IMG/VR virus record: IMGVR_UViG_3300037421_000080 | Span: 42,086-106,085 of that record | Strand: one strand, 5' to 3' | DNA: 64,000 nucleotides | Origin: a virus | Taxonomy: Duplodnaviria > Heunggongvirae > Uroviricota > Caudoviricetes | Part shown: in pieces, positions 36,398 to 45,766 of the stretch | Position numbering within the stretch: position 1 is the stretch's first letter | How the letters are laid out: the number at the start of each line of letters is the position of its first letter | Program-made: the position numbers and the translations under genes | Notes under the pieces: generated by a model | The model's database searches: none | Seen by the model: only the letters and a program-made list of their open reading frames with translations | What the model was told of the DNA's origin: nothing

Positions 36398-37723
36398 TCA
36401 ATCGTCGTCCTCATCGAGAGGATCGTCCAGGTCATCGTCTTCTTCGTCCCTGGCTTTCTTCTTCCGGGCAGGCGGCGAGTCCTCATCATCCAAGTCATCG
36501 GTACCAAGATCGTCATCATCCTTGACAGCAGCCTTTTTCTTCTTGGGGGCAGGAGCATCGTCCTCCTCGTCCTGGGTCTTCTTCTTGGCCCTGGCGGGAG
36601 GAGCATCCTCGTCCTCATCTTTGGGAGTTGCCTTGACCTTCTTTTTCTTCTGGACATCGGAGGGAGCAATTCCATTCACCACGTCCCCGTCCAGATCGTC
36701 CTCCAGCTTGAGGCTGGTCCCATCCCCGGAGATCTTGAGTATCTTGTGCTCCCGGCCTTTGTAGATGACCATCTCGTCTACTTCCAGGTCGAGATCCTCG
36801 GCAGTAGGATCTTTTGCCTTTCTCTTGGAGGACTGGGCTTCGCTATCGCCTGCGTCGTCCTCCTCGTCCTGGGTCTTCTTCTTGGCCCTGGCTGGTGGGG
36901 CACTGTCTTCATCATCGAGCTTGCGACGCTTGGAGGATTGATCCTCCCCGTTTTCTTCTTTTGGCTTCCTCTTGGTGCGGCCATCAAGCATTGCCTCCAC
37001 CTCATCATAGCCGGGGTCGATCAGGCAGGCATCAAGGCAGGGCGCTGAGTCGAGGAGCTTCTCCGGGTATTCATAGTCCCGAGACTTCAAGTCAATGCGA
37101 GTGGCGGCGTTGTAGGTCTGTCCGTTTCCTCTGGGCAGCGGCTTGACTACCATCCTGGCCTTGTATCCCTTGTCCAGAGTGAAAGGATGATCCTCCCACT
37201 CGACGCTGTTGATTGCATCCGCCATGACCTCGGCGAAGCCCTGCCCCCGATTCTTGTCGTGGGTATCCAGGAACTTCGGCTTGTTCTTGGCGTCGCCCGG
37301 CTTGTCGTTTACCAGCCATACGTGACGGGTCTTATCCCGGAGAGCATCCCGAAGATCGGGATCCATTGTGCCGCCTTCCTTGCGAAGCTTATCGCAGATA
37401 GCACATGGTTCATTGAAGCAGAAGGCCCGGCAGGCAATGGGCTTGCTCTTCCCGGAGATGTCCGGTATCCAGTGGACCTTGTAGGTCATCTCAAAGACCT
37501 CAAAGCCCTCATCAGCCCCTCTCTCGGCCATCTTCTCTCGGACGGCACCAGCCCTGGATGGCATGAAGTCGAGCTCGTGCGTGCCCTGCTCCAGTTTGTA
37601 CCTCTCGTATCCTTGCGGGATGCGGATGCAGGATTCTTGCCCGCTATCCTGCTGCTTGACCCAATCACTGGCGCTCTGGCGCCTTGATTCCCTTTTCTCT
37701 CGCTCTCTTCGGTCTACTGGCAT
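36398..37723 (-). CDS. putative ssDNA-binding protein (gp32-like zinc motif) with highly acidic, triply repeated C-terminal tail
   Basis: H-x12-C-x3-C-x4-C-x2-C cluster (HWIPDISGKSKPIACRAFCFNEPCAIC). C-terminus has 3 copies of (D/S)(A/S)PPARAKKKTQDEEDDA and ends DEDDD. Confidence 0.4.
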   Translation of the reverse strand: MPVDRREREKRESRRQSASDWVKQQDSGQESCIRIPQGYERYKLEQGTHELDFMPSRAGAVREKMAERGADEGFEVFEMTYKVHWIPDISGKSKPIACRAFCFNEPCAICDKLRKEGGTMDPDLRDALRDKTRHVWLVNDKPGDAKNKPKFLDTHDKNRGQGFAEVMADAINSVEWEDHPFTLDKGYKARMVVKPLPRGNGQTYNAATRIDLKSRDYEYPEKLLDSAPCLDACLIDPGYDEVEAMLDGRTKRKPKEENGEDQSSKRRKLDDEDSAPPARAKKKTQDEEDDAGDSEAQSSKRKAKDPTAEDLDLEVDEMVIYKGREHKILKISGDGTSLKLEDDLDGDVVNGIAPSDVQKKKKVKATPKDEDEDAPPARAKKKTQDEEDDAPAPKKKKAAVKDDDDLGTDDLDDEDSPPARKKKARDEEDDDLDDPLDEDDD

Positions 37724-37737
37724 AGCGGAATTCTCCT

Positions 37738-38082
37738 TTAGGTGGTAGAAGTGGCTTCTTTCGTGTTCTTGTCATATTCGGGGCAGACGGCGAAGAAGAC
37801 CTTGCGGCGATCTTCCTTGCTCATGCTGAAACCTATTTTCTTGAGCAGCTTTGAGGCAGCGAGTTTCCGCCCGGTTCTCTTGCAGAAGTTATCTTTCAGG
37901 GAACAGATTGCTTGGGCATTCCAAGAGGACAAGTAATCCCCATTCCCAAATGTTGCTACCGACCGCACCCATGCCTCGGTGAGTCTTCTGGGCTTTCTCA
38001 CCTCGTCGTACTTGGCCTCTACGTCCTCATGGTCGTGCCGGACTCCAACTACCATCTCTTGGCCATTCAGTTGAAGTTTCAT
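37738..38082 (-). CDS. hypothetical protein
   Basis: 114 aa. Confidence 0.45.
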   Translation of the reverse strand: MKLQLNGQEMVVGVRHDHEDVEAKYDEVRKPRRLTEAWVRSVATFGNGDYLSSWNAQAICSLKDNFCKRTGRKLAASKLLKKIGFSMSKEDRRKVFFAVCPEYDKNTKEATSTT

Positions 38083-38618
38083 TCCTTCCTCCGGTTGAAA
38101 GCCTTATCGGCTTTAGCATCTTTGTACTCACGGGGCTGCTTCGGAGCAGCCCAGTAGTCGCTAAGGAGAAGCTCCACCGCCTTCTCGATCATGCTCTTCC
38201 TCTGGCGGTAGCTCTCCACCACGCCCTTGGCGACGCTCTCCTTCTCGTCCGTCTCGATGCACTTCTGCTGGGCTTCCCGGATTGTGTTAAGCATTCTAGC
38301 ATGAGCCTTACGGTAGCCGTCCTGGGTGATTATCGCAGCCTCGATCTCCTTCTCCCGGCCTTTGTCCAGCCCATAGCTCTGAGGGTCAGCACGGATGTCC
38401 AGGTTGATCTTCGCCTCTTCCCCCTCGAACCGGGCCTTGGCCTCTGCCTTCACCAGCTCTAGATTCGCCTTGGCCTCCGCCGCCTCCCGCTCACAGCGAG
38501 CCAGGATGTCGGCGTGCTCTCGGAAGAGCTGCGGTTGCTTGGCGACCTCCTCGTCTAGGCGGAACTTGTCAATCTCAAGGAGCTGGAAGGCACGGTCGTG
38601 TTCTGGCATTCTATTCAT
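38079..38618 (-). CDS. hypothetical coiled-coil protein
   Basis: 179 aa. Confidence 0.45.
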   Translation of the reverse strand: MNRMPEHDRAFQLLEIDKFRLDEEVAKQPQLFREHADILARCEREAAEAKANLELVKAEAKARFEGEEAKINLDIRADPQSYGLDKGREKEIEAAIITQDGYRKAHARMLNTIREAQQKCIETDEKESVAKGVVESYRQRKSMIEKAVELLLSDYWAAPKQPREYKDAKADKAFNRRKE

Positions 38619-38785
38619 CCCTTCTTGATTCGATGTAGCGGATTGCTTCCTCAGCCGATTTGAAGGCCGGAGGGAAACGGGGGCCTACATAGAATGATGC
38701 TCTCCATATCCCACAATCCTTCCACACGTCATAGAGAAAGCACATCCAGTATGTAGAACTGATTTTCCTCCAATTATTTTCCATC

Positions 38786-38998
38786 TCAACACCCGAGCGT
38801 ATTGTGGCAATAGTAGCAGCAGGACCCGGTTATGGCCGATGCCGACTGAGTTCTCCCACATCTAGAGCATCTCATTCCAGGACTGCCATCTGGCCTTCGA
38901 TTGTTCTCGTTTCGCTCGCGCTCCCTGCGAGCCTTCTCGACTTCAATCGGATCGAAGGCATTATCTTCTTTCCCCCAGTTCATTTCACTTCCCCGCAT
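38786..38998 (-). CDS. small zinc-ribbon protein
   Basis: CSRCGR...CCYYCHNTLGC. Confidence 0.35.
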   Translation of the reverse strand: MRGSEMNWGKEDNAFDPIEVEKARRERERNENNRRPDGSPGMRCSRCGRTQSASAITGSCCYYCHNTLGC

Positions 38999-39209
38999 AT
39001 TCGTGCATTGTTTCTATTGTTTTCTGGATCAAGCTTCGCACTGATTCGCTAGTGAATTCTTCCCCCGAATTCTCGCAGACCAGCCAGTAGGGATCGTGCT
39101 CCGGGCCGAAGAACTGGACTAAGTAGGTGCAACCCTTTGGCACGATCCGGTCCAGAACCTCGCCGATGACTTCTTTCAGTTTTATCTCTTCCCGCCGTTT
39201 CATTCTCAC
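38985..39209 (-). CDS. small hypothetical protein
   Basis: 74 aa. Confidence 0.4.
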   Translation of the reverse strand: MRMKRREEIKLKEVIGEVLDRIVPKGCTYLVQFFGPEHDPYWLVCENSGEEFTSESVRSLIQKTIETMHEYAGK

Positions 39210-39442
39210 TTCCTCGCATCTGGGAATTTTTCCATCAAGGCAGCGTAGTTCCGGCAGATGGCCAGGTAGGTCTCCCGATCCAGATCGGCGGCGAAGGAGG
39301 CATCGGCCATTTGCATGATCATGTTGAACTGGCCGCCCTTGCGAACCCGCTCATACTTGGTGAAGTCTTCTTTCGTGATTTCTTCAAACGATTTCATCCC
39401 TTCCTCTTTTCTGTAGCCAAAGTGTTGATGGAAGCCAAGCAT
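39206..39442 (-). CDS. small hypothetical protein
   Basis: 78 aa. Confidence 0.4.
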   Translation of the reverse strand: MLGFHQHFGYRKEEGMKSFEEITKEDFTKYERVRKGGQFNMIMQMADASFAADLDRETYLAICRNYAALMEKFPDARK

Positions 39443-39666
39443 TATTTTTCCTCCAGCAGCCGTCCGACGTTAGGCATATCCCAGATATCCTTGTGCTCTC
39501 CCAAGAGTTTCAGAATTCCCTTGATCGAATCGTTGAAACTCTGGTTCCCGCGGACCTGCTCCAACCGGAGGAAGAGCGATTCGATGTCTTGCTGCTTGAG
39601 GCCATGCTTCTTGGCCCAGCTCACTATCGTCGCCAGGACACCGACGGAAGTTTGCTTGCTGATCAT
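39442..39666 (-). CDS. small hypothetical protein
   Basis: 74 aa. Confidence 0.4.
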   Translation of the reverse strand: MISKQTSVGVLATIVSWAKKHGLKQQDIESLFLRLEQVRGNQSFNDSIKGILKLLGEHKDIWDMPNVGRLLEEK

Positions 39667-39839
39667 CTCGCTTCCCTCTCCTTGAGAACTTTCTTTGCTT
39701 GAGCCACGGTAGATGCATAAGCAAGCTTGATAGCCTCCTCAACAACTGCTCCTGTGGTAAGCCCAGCCTTTACGCCACGCAAGCGAATAGCCATCTGAAT
39801 CTCAGGGGGAATATCCACAATCATTCGGATGCGTTTCAT
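39663..39839 (-). CDS. ribbon-helix-helix (CopG/Arc-like) DNA-binding protein, 58 aa (below the ORF-track cutoff)
   Basis: Manual translation MKRIRMIVDIPPEIQMAIRLRGVKAGLTTGAVVEEAIKLAY... ATGA overlap with the downstream gene. Confidence 0.45.
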   Translation of the reverse strand: MKRIRMIVDIPPEIQMAIRLRGVKAGLTTGAVVEEAIKLAYASTVAQAKKVLKEREAR

Positions 39840-39858
39840 GCCCTATTATCGTAGGTTC

Positions 39859-40803
39859 TTAGCGCCCTTCAAGTACCTCATAGCATGCTCGCACCAATCC
39901 GCCTCTGCCTGATTGGAAGAAGTCAGCCTCAAAGGAATAGAGGATTTTACAGCACCATTTCGAGTTCCGTCCCGCCTTCAAGATCTCCGTTGTAGCGCAG
40001 GCAAGCACCATCCGCCTCAGCTGCTCCGGGTCTTCTCCCTCCAGTCCTTTGAGGATCTCAGCCACAGAAGACCACGTGCTCTTCTCCCAAAGGAGCGCCT
40101 TCACTAGATCGAAGGCAGCTCTCTTGGTGTCTGTCTTCGCTATGGCATCCAGCTGATCCTGCTCCGTGGGCAGGCCGGAGATTTGGTGAAGGAGGACGAG
40201 GGCCTTGCGAGCGGAGCCTTCGGAGTTCTCGGCGATCAGAGTTGTCACTTTTTCTGGAAGAGTCAGTTGCTCCTCTTCGACTACTCTAGCTAAGATTTGA
40301 AGTATGCTCTTCTCGTTGAGGGGTTTCAGGTTGACAATTGTGCAGCGGCCCCGAACTGCCTTGATGACTTTGTCTGGATCAGTGGTAGCTAGCAGGAAGT
40401 AGACGTGAGAAGGGGTGTTCTCCAGAATATCCAAGAGGGCTTGCTGTGCGAATTGTGCTCTCGACAAAGCCTGGACTTCCTCTAGCAGCCACACTCGACA
40501 CGGCCCTGCGAAGGGCGAAAGAGCCATTCGGGATTCTATTTCCCGAACAGCGGTGATGGGCTTCTCAACCGACCCGCAGTTCACTATCGCAAAGTCAGCA
40601 TCGCTACAGCCCAGCTTCACTCTGATGATTTTGGCCAGGGTCGATTTGCCGACTCCCGTATTTCCAGCGAGCAGCAAGACGTGAGGGAGCTTCCCCTTCT
40701 TCAGCATATTGAAAAGACATTCAACTGCTTCGTTTTGGCCTACCACGTCCTTGAACTTGGTGGGTCGCCACTTGCGATACAGTTCCGTCGCTTCCTTACT
40801 CAT
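39859..40803 (-). CDS. AAA+ clamp loader subunit (DnaX/RFC-small/gp44-like)
   Basis: WRPTKFKDVVGQ..LLLAGNTGVGKSTLAKI (Walker A), clamp-loader box organisation. Confidence 0.7.
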   Translation of the reverse strand: MSKEATELYRKWRPTKFKDVVGQNEAVECLFNMLKKGKLPHVLLLAGNTGVGKSTLAKIIRVKLGCSDADFAIVNCGSVEKPITAVREIESRMALSPFAGPCRVWLLEEVQALSRAQFAQQALLDILENTPSHVYFLLATTDPDKVIKAVRGRCTIVNLKPLNEKSILQILARVVEEEQLTLPEKVTTLIAENSEGSARKALVLLHQISGLPTEQDQLDAIAKTDTKRAAFDLVKALLWEKSTWSSVAEILKGLEGEDPEQLRRMVLACATTEILKAGRNSKWCCKILYSFEADFFQSGRGGLVRACYEVLEGR

Positions 40804-41060
40804 CTTTTTCTTGCCTCGACGAGGTCGATATTGCTTCCATCACAATCTGGACAGATAGCGTATGCACTTACTTTAGGATCTGGTAAGCCGGGGCCAGAGA
40901 AGCAGCCTCCCGCGATCCCGCCGCAGTCTTTGCATACCTTCCGCCAAAACTTTACTCCGGGGCCGGAAGGGAAGGAGACCTCGGTGTATCCGTCCTGGCA
41001 CTTGTCACAGCCGGAATTGCAGTGGGGGCATTTGGCCTTCAAGAGAGCCTCATGATCCAA
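40800..41060 (-). CDS. small Cys-rich zinc-binding protein
   Basis: CPHCNSGCDKC..CKDCGG..CPDCDG. Confidence 0.4.
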   Translation of the reverse strand: MDHEALLKAKCPHCNSGCDKCQDGYTEVSFPSGPGVKFWRKVCKDCGGIAGGCFSGPGLPDPKVSAYAICPDCDGSNIDLVEARKR

Positions 41061-41065
41061 GTCAA

Positions 41066-41287
41066 TCAGTTTGATTCCACCACTTCCTTCTCAATTTTGT
41101 TGGCCAACTCACGCAGCAGCTCCACTTCGTACAGAGGATCGAATGGCGAAGAGTGCATCACTCCTTCCTTGTGCCAGAGGATGATCGTGAAGTCCGCGTC
41201 CTCGGGAATCTTGTCCACAATGTACTCAGTGAGGCGATCCATGTACTTGTCTTTCTGCTTGTCGGACATCCTTGAAAAGAGTCTCAT
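41066..41287 (-). CDS. small hypothetical protein
   Basis: Start set at ATG 41287 (ATGA-coupled). The ORF-track start at 41371 would overlap the upstream gene by 88 nt. Confidence 0.35.
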   Translation of the reverse strand: MRLFSRMSDKQKDKYMDRLTEYIVDKIPEDADFTIILWHKEGVMHSSPFDPLYEVELLRELANKIEKEVVESN

Positions 41288-41505
41288 TCCAGTAACTCCG
41301 TGAGACATTCTTCGACTTCTTCCTTGCTCGGGTAACCGAACAGCCCAGCGGTGCTCCAGAGAGATGCCCAATCCAAAGCATGAGGATCTCGCATCTGTAA
41401 TTGAATACTTCTACGGGCTAAATCCTTGCTGAGAAACGCAGCTAGGTTTTCTATGAAAACCTCTTTCCTTCTGCACTTCTCTTTCAAAGCTTTAGACATT
41501 GTCAT
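41284..41505 (-). CDS. small hypothetical protein
   Basis: 73 aa. Confidence 0.4.
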   Translation of the reverse strand: MTMSKALKEKCRRKEVFIENLAAFLSKDLARRSIQLQMRDPHALDWASLWSTAGLFGYPSKEEVEECLTELLE

Positions 41506-41777
41506 TCCGCGTCTTCCTTTCCAAGAGGGTTTATTGCCCCGTCAAAGTCCATCTGCCCGACTGCCCATCCCAAGTTGTATGTCGGGTCACCGAGGAACTC
41601 GATTGTTGGCAGCTTACTTTTGTCTAATACTGGTGGATCTCCTTCTCCCTTAGCTGCCTTGTATCCCTTCTCGAACTCCTTCGTCTTGCCGTTAGCGACG
41701 GGACAGTGGAATTCGTGCTTTCCATCGGAATGAAGGCAGAATCTACATGTGAAATCCATCACTCTACAACCTCCCAT
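41502..41777 (-). CDS. small Cys/His-rich protein
   Basis: 91 aa. Confidence 0.4.
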   Translation of the reverse strand: MGGCRVMDFTCRFCLHSDGKHEFHCPVANGKTKEFEKGYKAAKGEGDPPVLDKSKLPTIEFLGDPTYNLGWAVGQMDFDGAINPLGKEDAE

Positions 41778-41989
41778 TCGCCAAGATAGTCTTCGTCATA
41801 CAGGTGCATACACTGATTCTGCACTATGCCAGGATGCCCTGGAACATCCCGATACTCAACGAACTTGCTCTTATCAGTGTTGTAGGGGTTGTAGACGATC
41901 CAACCTACTGGATATTGATTACCGTGCCAGCTAATCGGCCTCACTTTCTTCCCTTGCTTGGCGAGAGTCAACGCTTCGATGATGTTCAT
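41759..41989 (-). CDS. DUF2829-like protein (Tad2 anti-Thoeris family candidate)
   Basis: N-terminus MNIIEALTLAKQGKKVRPISWHGNQY matches the DUF2829 M.F.EAL.ALK.GKKV.R..W pattern. 76 aa. Confidence 0.4.
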   Translation of the reverse strand: MNIIEALTLAKQGKKVRPISWHGNQYPVGWIVYNPYNTDKSKFVEYRDVPGHPGIVQNQCMHLYDEDYLGEWEVVE

Positions 41990-42357
41990 TTCTTCTCCTT
42001 GAACAAGTACACCTTGGTCTTGATACCCGCCTTCTTCGCCATCTCGATTGTGGACTTTGTTCCAGGGCTAGTTCCCGACCAGAACGCCACGACGCATCCC
42101 TTCCCCTCCATCATCGCTATCATCTCCGCGTTTCTCACTATCCCAGCTTGCTTGCCCTTCTTCCACTCCGGATGGTGGATTGACTGCATAATCCTTCGCT
42201 CGAAGCACCACTTCTCCGCGAGGTTGTCCGCACCCCTGGCCCCTCCGTGGATCACCAGGATCTTTTTCTTGTCTAGCTTGGAGGTCAAATGGTCCAGCGT
42301 CTTGGCGAGGAAGTCGTAGTCATCGAAGGATCTGGAGCCGCAGACGAGAAGTTTCAT
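41986..42357 (-). CDS. DUF2493 / SLOG-family Rossmann protein
   Basis: MKLLVCGSRSF..ILVIHGGARGADNLAEKW..AGIVRNAEMI..VVAFWSG.SPGT...I..AKKAGI matches DUF2493 throughout. Confidence 0.65.
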   Translation of the reverse strand: MKLLVCGSRSFDDYDFLAKTLDHLTSKLDKKKILVIHGGARGADNLAEKWCFERRIMQSIHHPEWKKGKQAGIVRNAEMIAMMEGKGCVVAFWSGTSPGTKSTIEMAKKAGIKTKVYLFKEKK

Positions 42358-43707
42358 CAGAAGCCAAACCCCCGAGCTAGTTCTGCTTTCTTCAAGCGCC
42401 GATGCCCCATTTCAATGTATTCCTCTGATAAGTCTATCCCGATAAACCTCCTACCGCGAGTGATCGCTACAATGCCTGCGGTTGCCGATCCCGAGAATGG
42501 ATCGCAGATAATCGCTGGCACCGGATCACTTGCGTTGCATTTGCAAGTGGGCTCCCATCCAATTGTCTTCGTGGTCGAAACGTGACGTTCGAGGTCACGA
42601 TTGCCGATTACAGAACCTAGGGTAGTTTTGGTTGAAGTTCCGGACCTTTGGAATCTTGGATCCAATTGTCCTATTTTTCTGTTTTTGAGTATCTCTTTGA
42701 TCTTGCTTTCCCTTCCCGGCCGAGTAGGAGTGCGAGTCTTTTCTAGTATTCGCTTCCACGGGGATCCACAGGCTTTGCAAATTCCTTTTTGGCTAGATCC
42801 CGCCAAAATACAGCGCAACGCAAGCTTTTTGGGGAAGGGAGCGAAGTGGGCCTCCTTCAAGCCGCCTTCATGAGACATGTGCCAGACATCACGACAGAAA
42901 CTTTTGTTTTGGTCGTTTGGATCATGCTTGGTTCCTATTCCTCCGGTAATGAACCCATTCTTTTTCAACTCGACCTTCTTGTTGTTGCCGGCACTTCTCT
43001 CCCAATTCCAGTTGCTCTTTGACCTCTCCATAATCGCCACGTGGTCGAAGTAGTATTTAGACTTCTTGGCGAATAGGAATATGTGTTCGTGGGATTTAGT
43101 ACAGCGATTCGTTACGCTCTCAGGCATGGCCCCGGCTTTGCTCCAGATGATTTCTTGGCGGAGGATCCAACCGTCAGCTTGCATTGCGAAAGCAAATCGC
43201 CAAGGAACGCCTATTAGGTTTCCCGATTGTAAATCACCGAGCAAAGGCAGATGATTGTCGTTATCCTCTCCATACCTTCTACCAACATTTCCACTTTGTT
43301 TGGTTCTTTTTGAAGAAGAATTGTAGCTGTCACCGAGATTCACCCAACATGTCCCAGTGGGATGAAGAACTCTACAAATCTCCCGAAATATCTCGACTAG
43401 CTTTTGTACGAATTCTTCGGGAGTTTCTTCTTGGCCCAGTTCAAGTGGTTTATCCGGATGATCGTCGGGGAGATAACTACGAAGACGCCAGTCAATAAGG
43501 GGGACTAGTAACGACACAATTTACACTTTCATCAGGTAAAGTTTTCAACATGTCGATAACGTCCCCCTGGAGCAACCTACTATGCTTCGTTCGGCGCTCT
43601 TTCATGATATCACCTCCTTTCTGGAGCGTAGAGTGCTTGGTCTTCCTTACGATGCCTTTGGTGCCCACACACCCTCCCGAATTTCGTGCCAAGGGGCTTT
43701 GTTCCAC
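42357..43707 (-). pseudogene. DNA N6-/N4-methyltransferase (DPPY, ParB-MTase type) interrupted by a +1/-1 frame change right after the SPPY motif
   Basis: N-piece 43492..43707 ends ..DESVNCVVTSPPY*. Continuation 42357..43517 in another frame carries ...DPFSGSATAGIVAITRGRRFIGIDLSEEY (motif I region). C5 run and TATTGAC at the junction. Confidence 0.55.
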
Positions 43708-45143
43708 CAGTTACCTTCCGGGAAGACCGGTGAGCAGTCCACCTCCGCCTTCAGAGGCACTATTATCCAGGGCCAAGCCTTCGGGAGATCCACCGTCATC
43801 ACCTGCTTAGTCAGATTGAGGAACTCCTGGGTCTCCTCCTCCGGCACGTCGCCCAGCACGCAGTCGTGCACCTGGGACACGATCAGGGACCTCATCTTCC
43901 TCTTCCGCAGTATCTTCTGGATCCGGATGATGCACCAGAGCAGGCAGTGGAATGCTGGGCCCTGCACAAGGTAGTTGAGTATCTGATTCTTGGTGTATAA
44001 TCCTTCTACCACGAACCCAGTTATCAGTCGGAAGTAGCCGTTCTTGCGGTAGTCTTCCAGTACCAGGTCGCTCTTCTCGCGATAGACGTGGAAGTCTTCC
44101 TCAAACTTCAGCTCCATCTTTCTGAGATGGTACTCGAAAGTTCCAGGCAGAGGCGGCGGGGCATCCTTCTTGGTGCTACATGGTCCTAGCTCGGAGATGC
44201 CCTTCTGGGATAGCCACTCTTTTAGTGCTATCCCCTCGACTTCCATCCCAGCATCGTCCAGGCATGCCCAGACTGCCTTGGCCATCTTCTTGTAGTACGA
44301 ACCGTAGAGCTTGGGAAACACGAATCCATCCTTGCCCTTGTACCTCGTTTTTTTAGTGATCTGACTACCCTTGCACAGGAACATCTCCGCTGCCTTGTCG
44401 CGATGGATATCCGCCTTCGGGTCAGAGGCGTAGTGAATCATCTTGGGGTCCTCCCAAATGCAGGCCGCAAGATTCCACTCATGTGAGCCAAAGTCTATTT
44501 CCGCGAATCGACAGCCAGAGCGGGGGATGAATGCTTGCCTTGTTATCTTTCCCTGATCGCTATCTCGACCGGGGCAATTCATCAAATTGGGAGATTTTGA
44601 CGAGCTCCTATAACTACGAGCTCCACCTTTCTCTTCCTCGTCCCCCCCAGTGAGATTGAAGAAGGCATGGACCAGACTATCCACTGCCTCCCGACGGATG
44701 CTCTTGAGATAGTCGCAGGAGGTCTTGTAATCACCAGCCTTCTCCATCTCACGGAGGAAGGGAATGTTCATCTTGGCGAGAGCTGCCTTGTTCACCTGCG
44801 GCCTGGCGCCCTGCTTCAGCTTCCCCTCGCTGTCGTAGCTCTTCTCGGTGTAGCTCTGGCATTTGTAACCGAGGACGTTGAAGAGCATATGTCCCAGCTG
44901 CACGGGGCTGTCCAGGTTGGCCTTCTGCCCGTACACCTTCTGCCACTTGGTGAAGATCTCGTCTTGCTTGAGCTTGTCCTGGAGACGGCGGATTTTGGAT
45001 TCGGTCCAGGATATAGCACGCTCAAGGTACTCTGTGTCGACACGGATTCCGGCTGCTTCTACCTCCGCTAGCACAATCGAGCCTTCGTGAAAGAGCTGAT
45101 ATGCGGTAGGAGAGGCGACGACTTGTTTCATTGTTTTGGCCAC
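43647..45143 (-). CDS. family A DNA polymerase, polymerase (fingers/palm) domain only
   Basis: Motif A EIDFGSHEWNLAA, motif B TRYKGKDGFVFPKLYGSYY, motif C VHDCVLGDV. Confidence 0.75.
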   Translation of the reverse strand: MAKTMKQVVASPTAYQLFHEGSIVLAEVEAAGIRVDTEYLERAISWTESKIRRLQDKLKQDEIFTKWQKVYGQKANLDSPVQLGHMLFNVLGYKCQSYTEKSYDSEGKLKQGARPQVNKAALAKMNIPFLREMEKAGDYKTSCDYLKSIRREAVDSLVHAFFNLTGGDEEEKGGARSYRSSSKSPNLMNCPGRDSDQGKITRQAFIPRSGCRFAEIDFGSHEWNLAACIWEDPKMIHYASDPKADIHRDKAAEMFLCKGSQITKKTRYKGKDGFVFPKLYGSYYKKMAKAVWACLDDAGMEVEGIALKEWLSQKGISELGPCSTKKDAPPPLPGTFEYHLRKMELKFEEDFHVYREKSDLVLEDYRKNGYFRLITGFVVEGLYTKNQILNYLVQGPAFHCLLWCIIRIQKILRKRKMRSLIVSQVHDCVLGDVPEEETQEFLNLTKQVMTVDLPKAWPWIIVPLKAEVDCSPVFPEGNWWNKAPWHEIREGVWAPKAS

Positions 45144-45475
45144 GCCTTAGCCCAAGCCTCGTCCGAAATCGCGTGCGGATCTTTGTCCAACACTACGCTC
45201 TGCAAATCTAGGAAGTGCTGAGTAGTATCCGTAAGGGTCAAATGCCCCTCTCGGATCTCGATATGGAACTTGCCAACTTTCTCTATCTCAATAGTCGCCT
45301 TGAGTCCTTCGAGGATGTGAGTCCGCAGTTTGCTATTCATCTTCTTCCTCTCCACGAGACCTGTTCCCAATATGCCTACTAATCTTTGCGAGTATTTCAT
45401 CATACAGTCCGCGAGGCATGTCAGTAGCGATCTCGACCAGGTCGCCCTTCTCGTTCCACAGCCGCAGAATCCCAA
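45128..45475 (-). CDS. hypothetical protein
   Basis: 115 aa. True start may be internal (MMKYSQ..). Confidence 0.4.
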   Translation of the reverse strand: MGFCGCGTRRATWSRSLLTCLADCMMKYSQRLVGILGTGLVERKKMNSKLRTHILEGLKATIEIEKVGKFHIEIREGHLTLTDTTQHFLDLQSVVLDKDPHAISDEAWAKAWPKQ

Positions 45476-45523
45476 TACAGCTGCCCGGCCAAAGCTTCTT
45501 GAGATCGCGGTAAGGGGCTATCT

Positions 45524-45766
45524 TCACGGCTTCTTCCTCATCTTCACTACCCACTCCGTTGCCTGGTTGTGGTCCATCTTGTCTACGATCGAGCTAAGGA
45601 CTGCAATGGCGCAGGGGCCGCAGAAGTCAACAGGCTCGCACACGTCTTCCATACCGCCAGCAGCATCTGCTCTGCGATCCACTGTGGCGTAAATCGTCTT
45701 CCCTTCGCAGTCCTTGTCGATGCGCTTGCCGCAGCGGTCGCATTCAAATATCTTTCTAGTGCTCAT
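45524..45766 (-). CDS. small zinc-ribbon protein
   Basis: CDRCGK...CGPC. Confidence 0.4.
   Translation of the reverse strand: MSTRKIFECDRCGKRIDKDCEGKTIYATVDRRADAAGGMEDVCEPVDFCGPCAIAVLSSIVDKMDHNQATEWVVKMRKKP

Noticed and set aside
36076-36401. ORFs 36076..36291 and 36141..36401 (minus)
   Set aside because: They overlap the well-folding tRNA-Thr gene and its flanks. Low-complexity translation.
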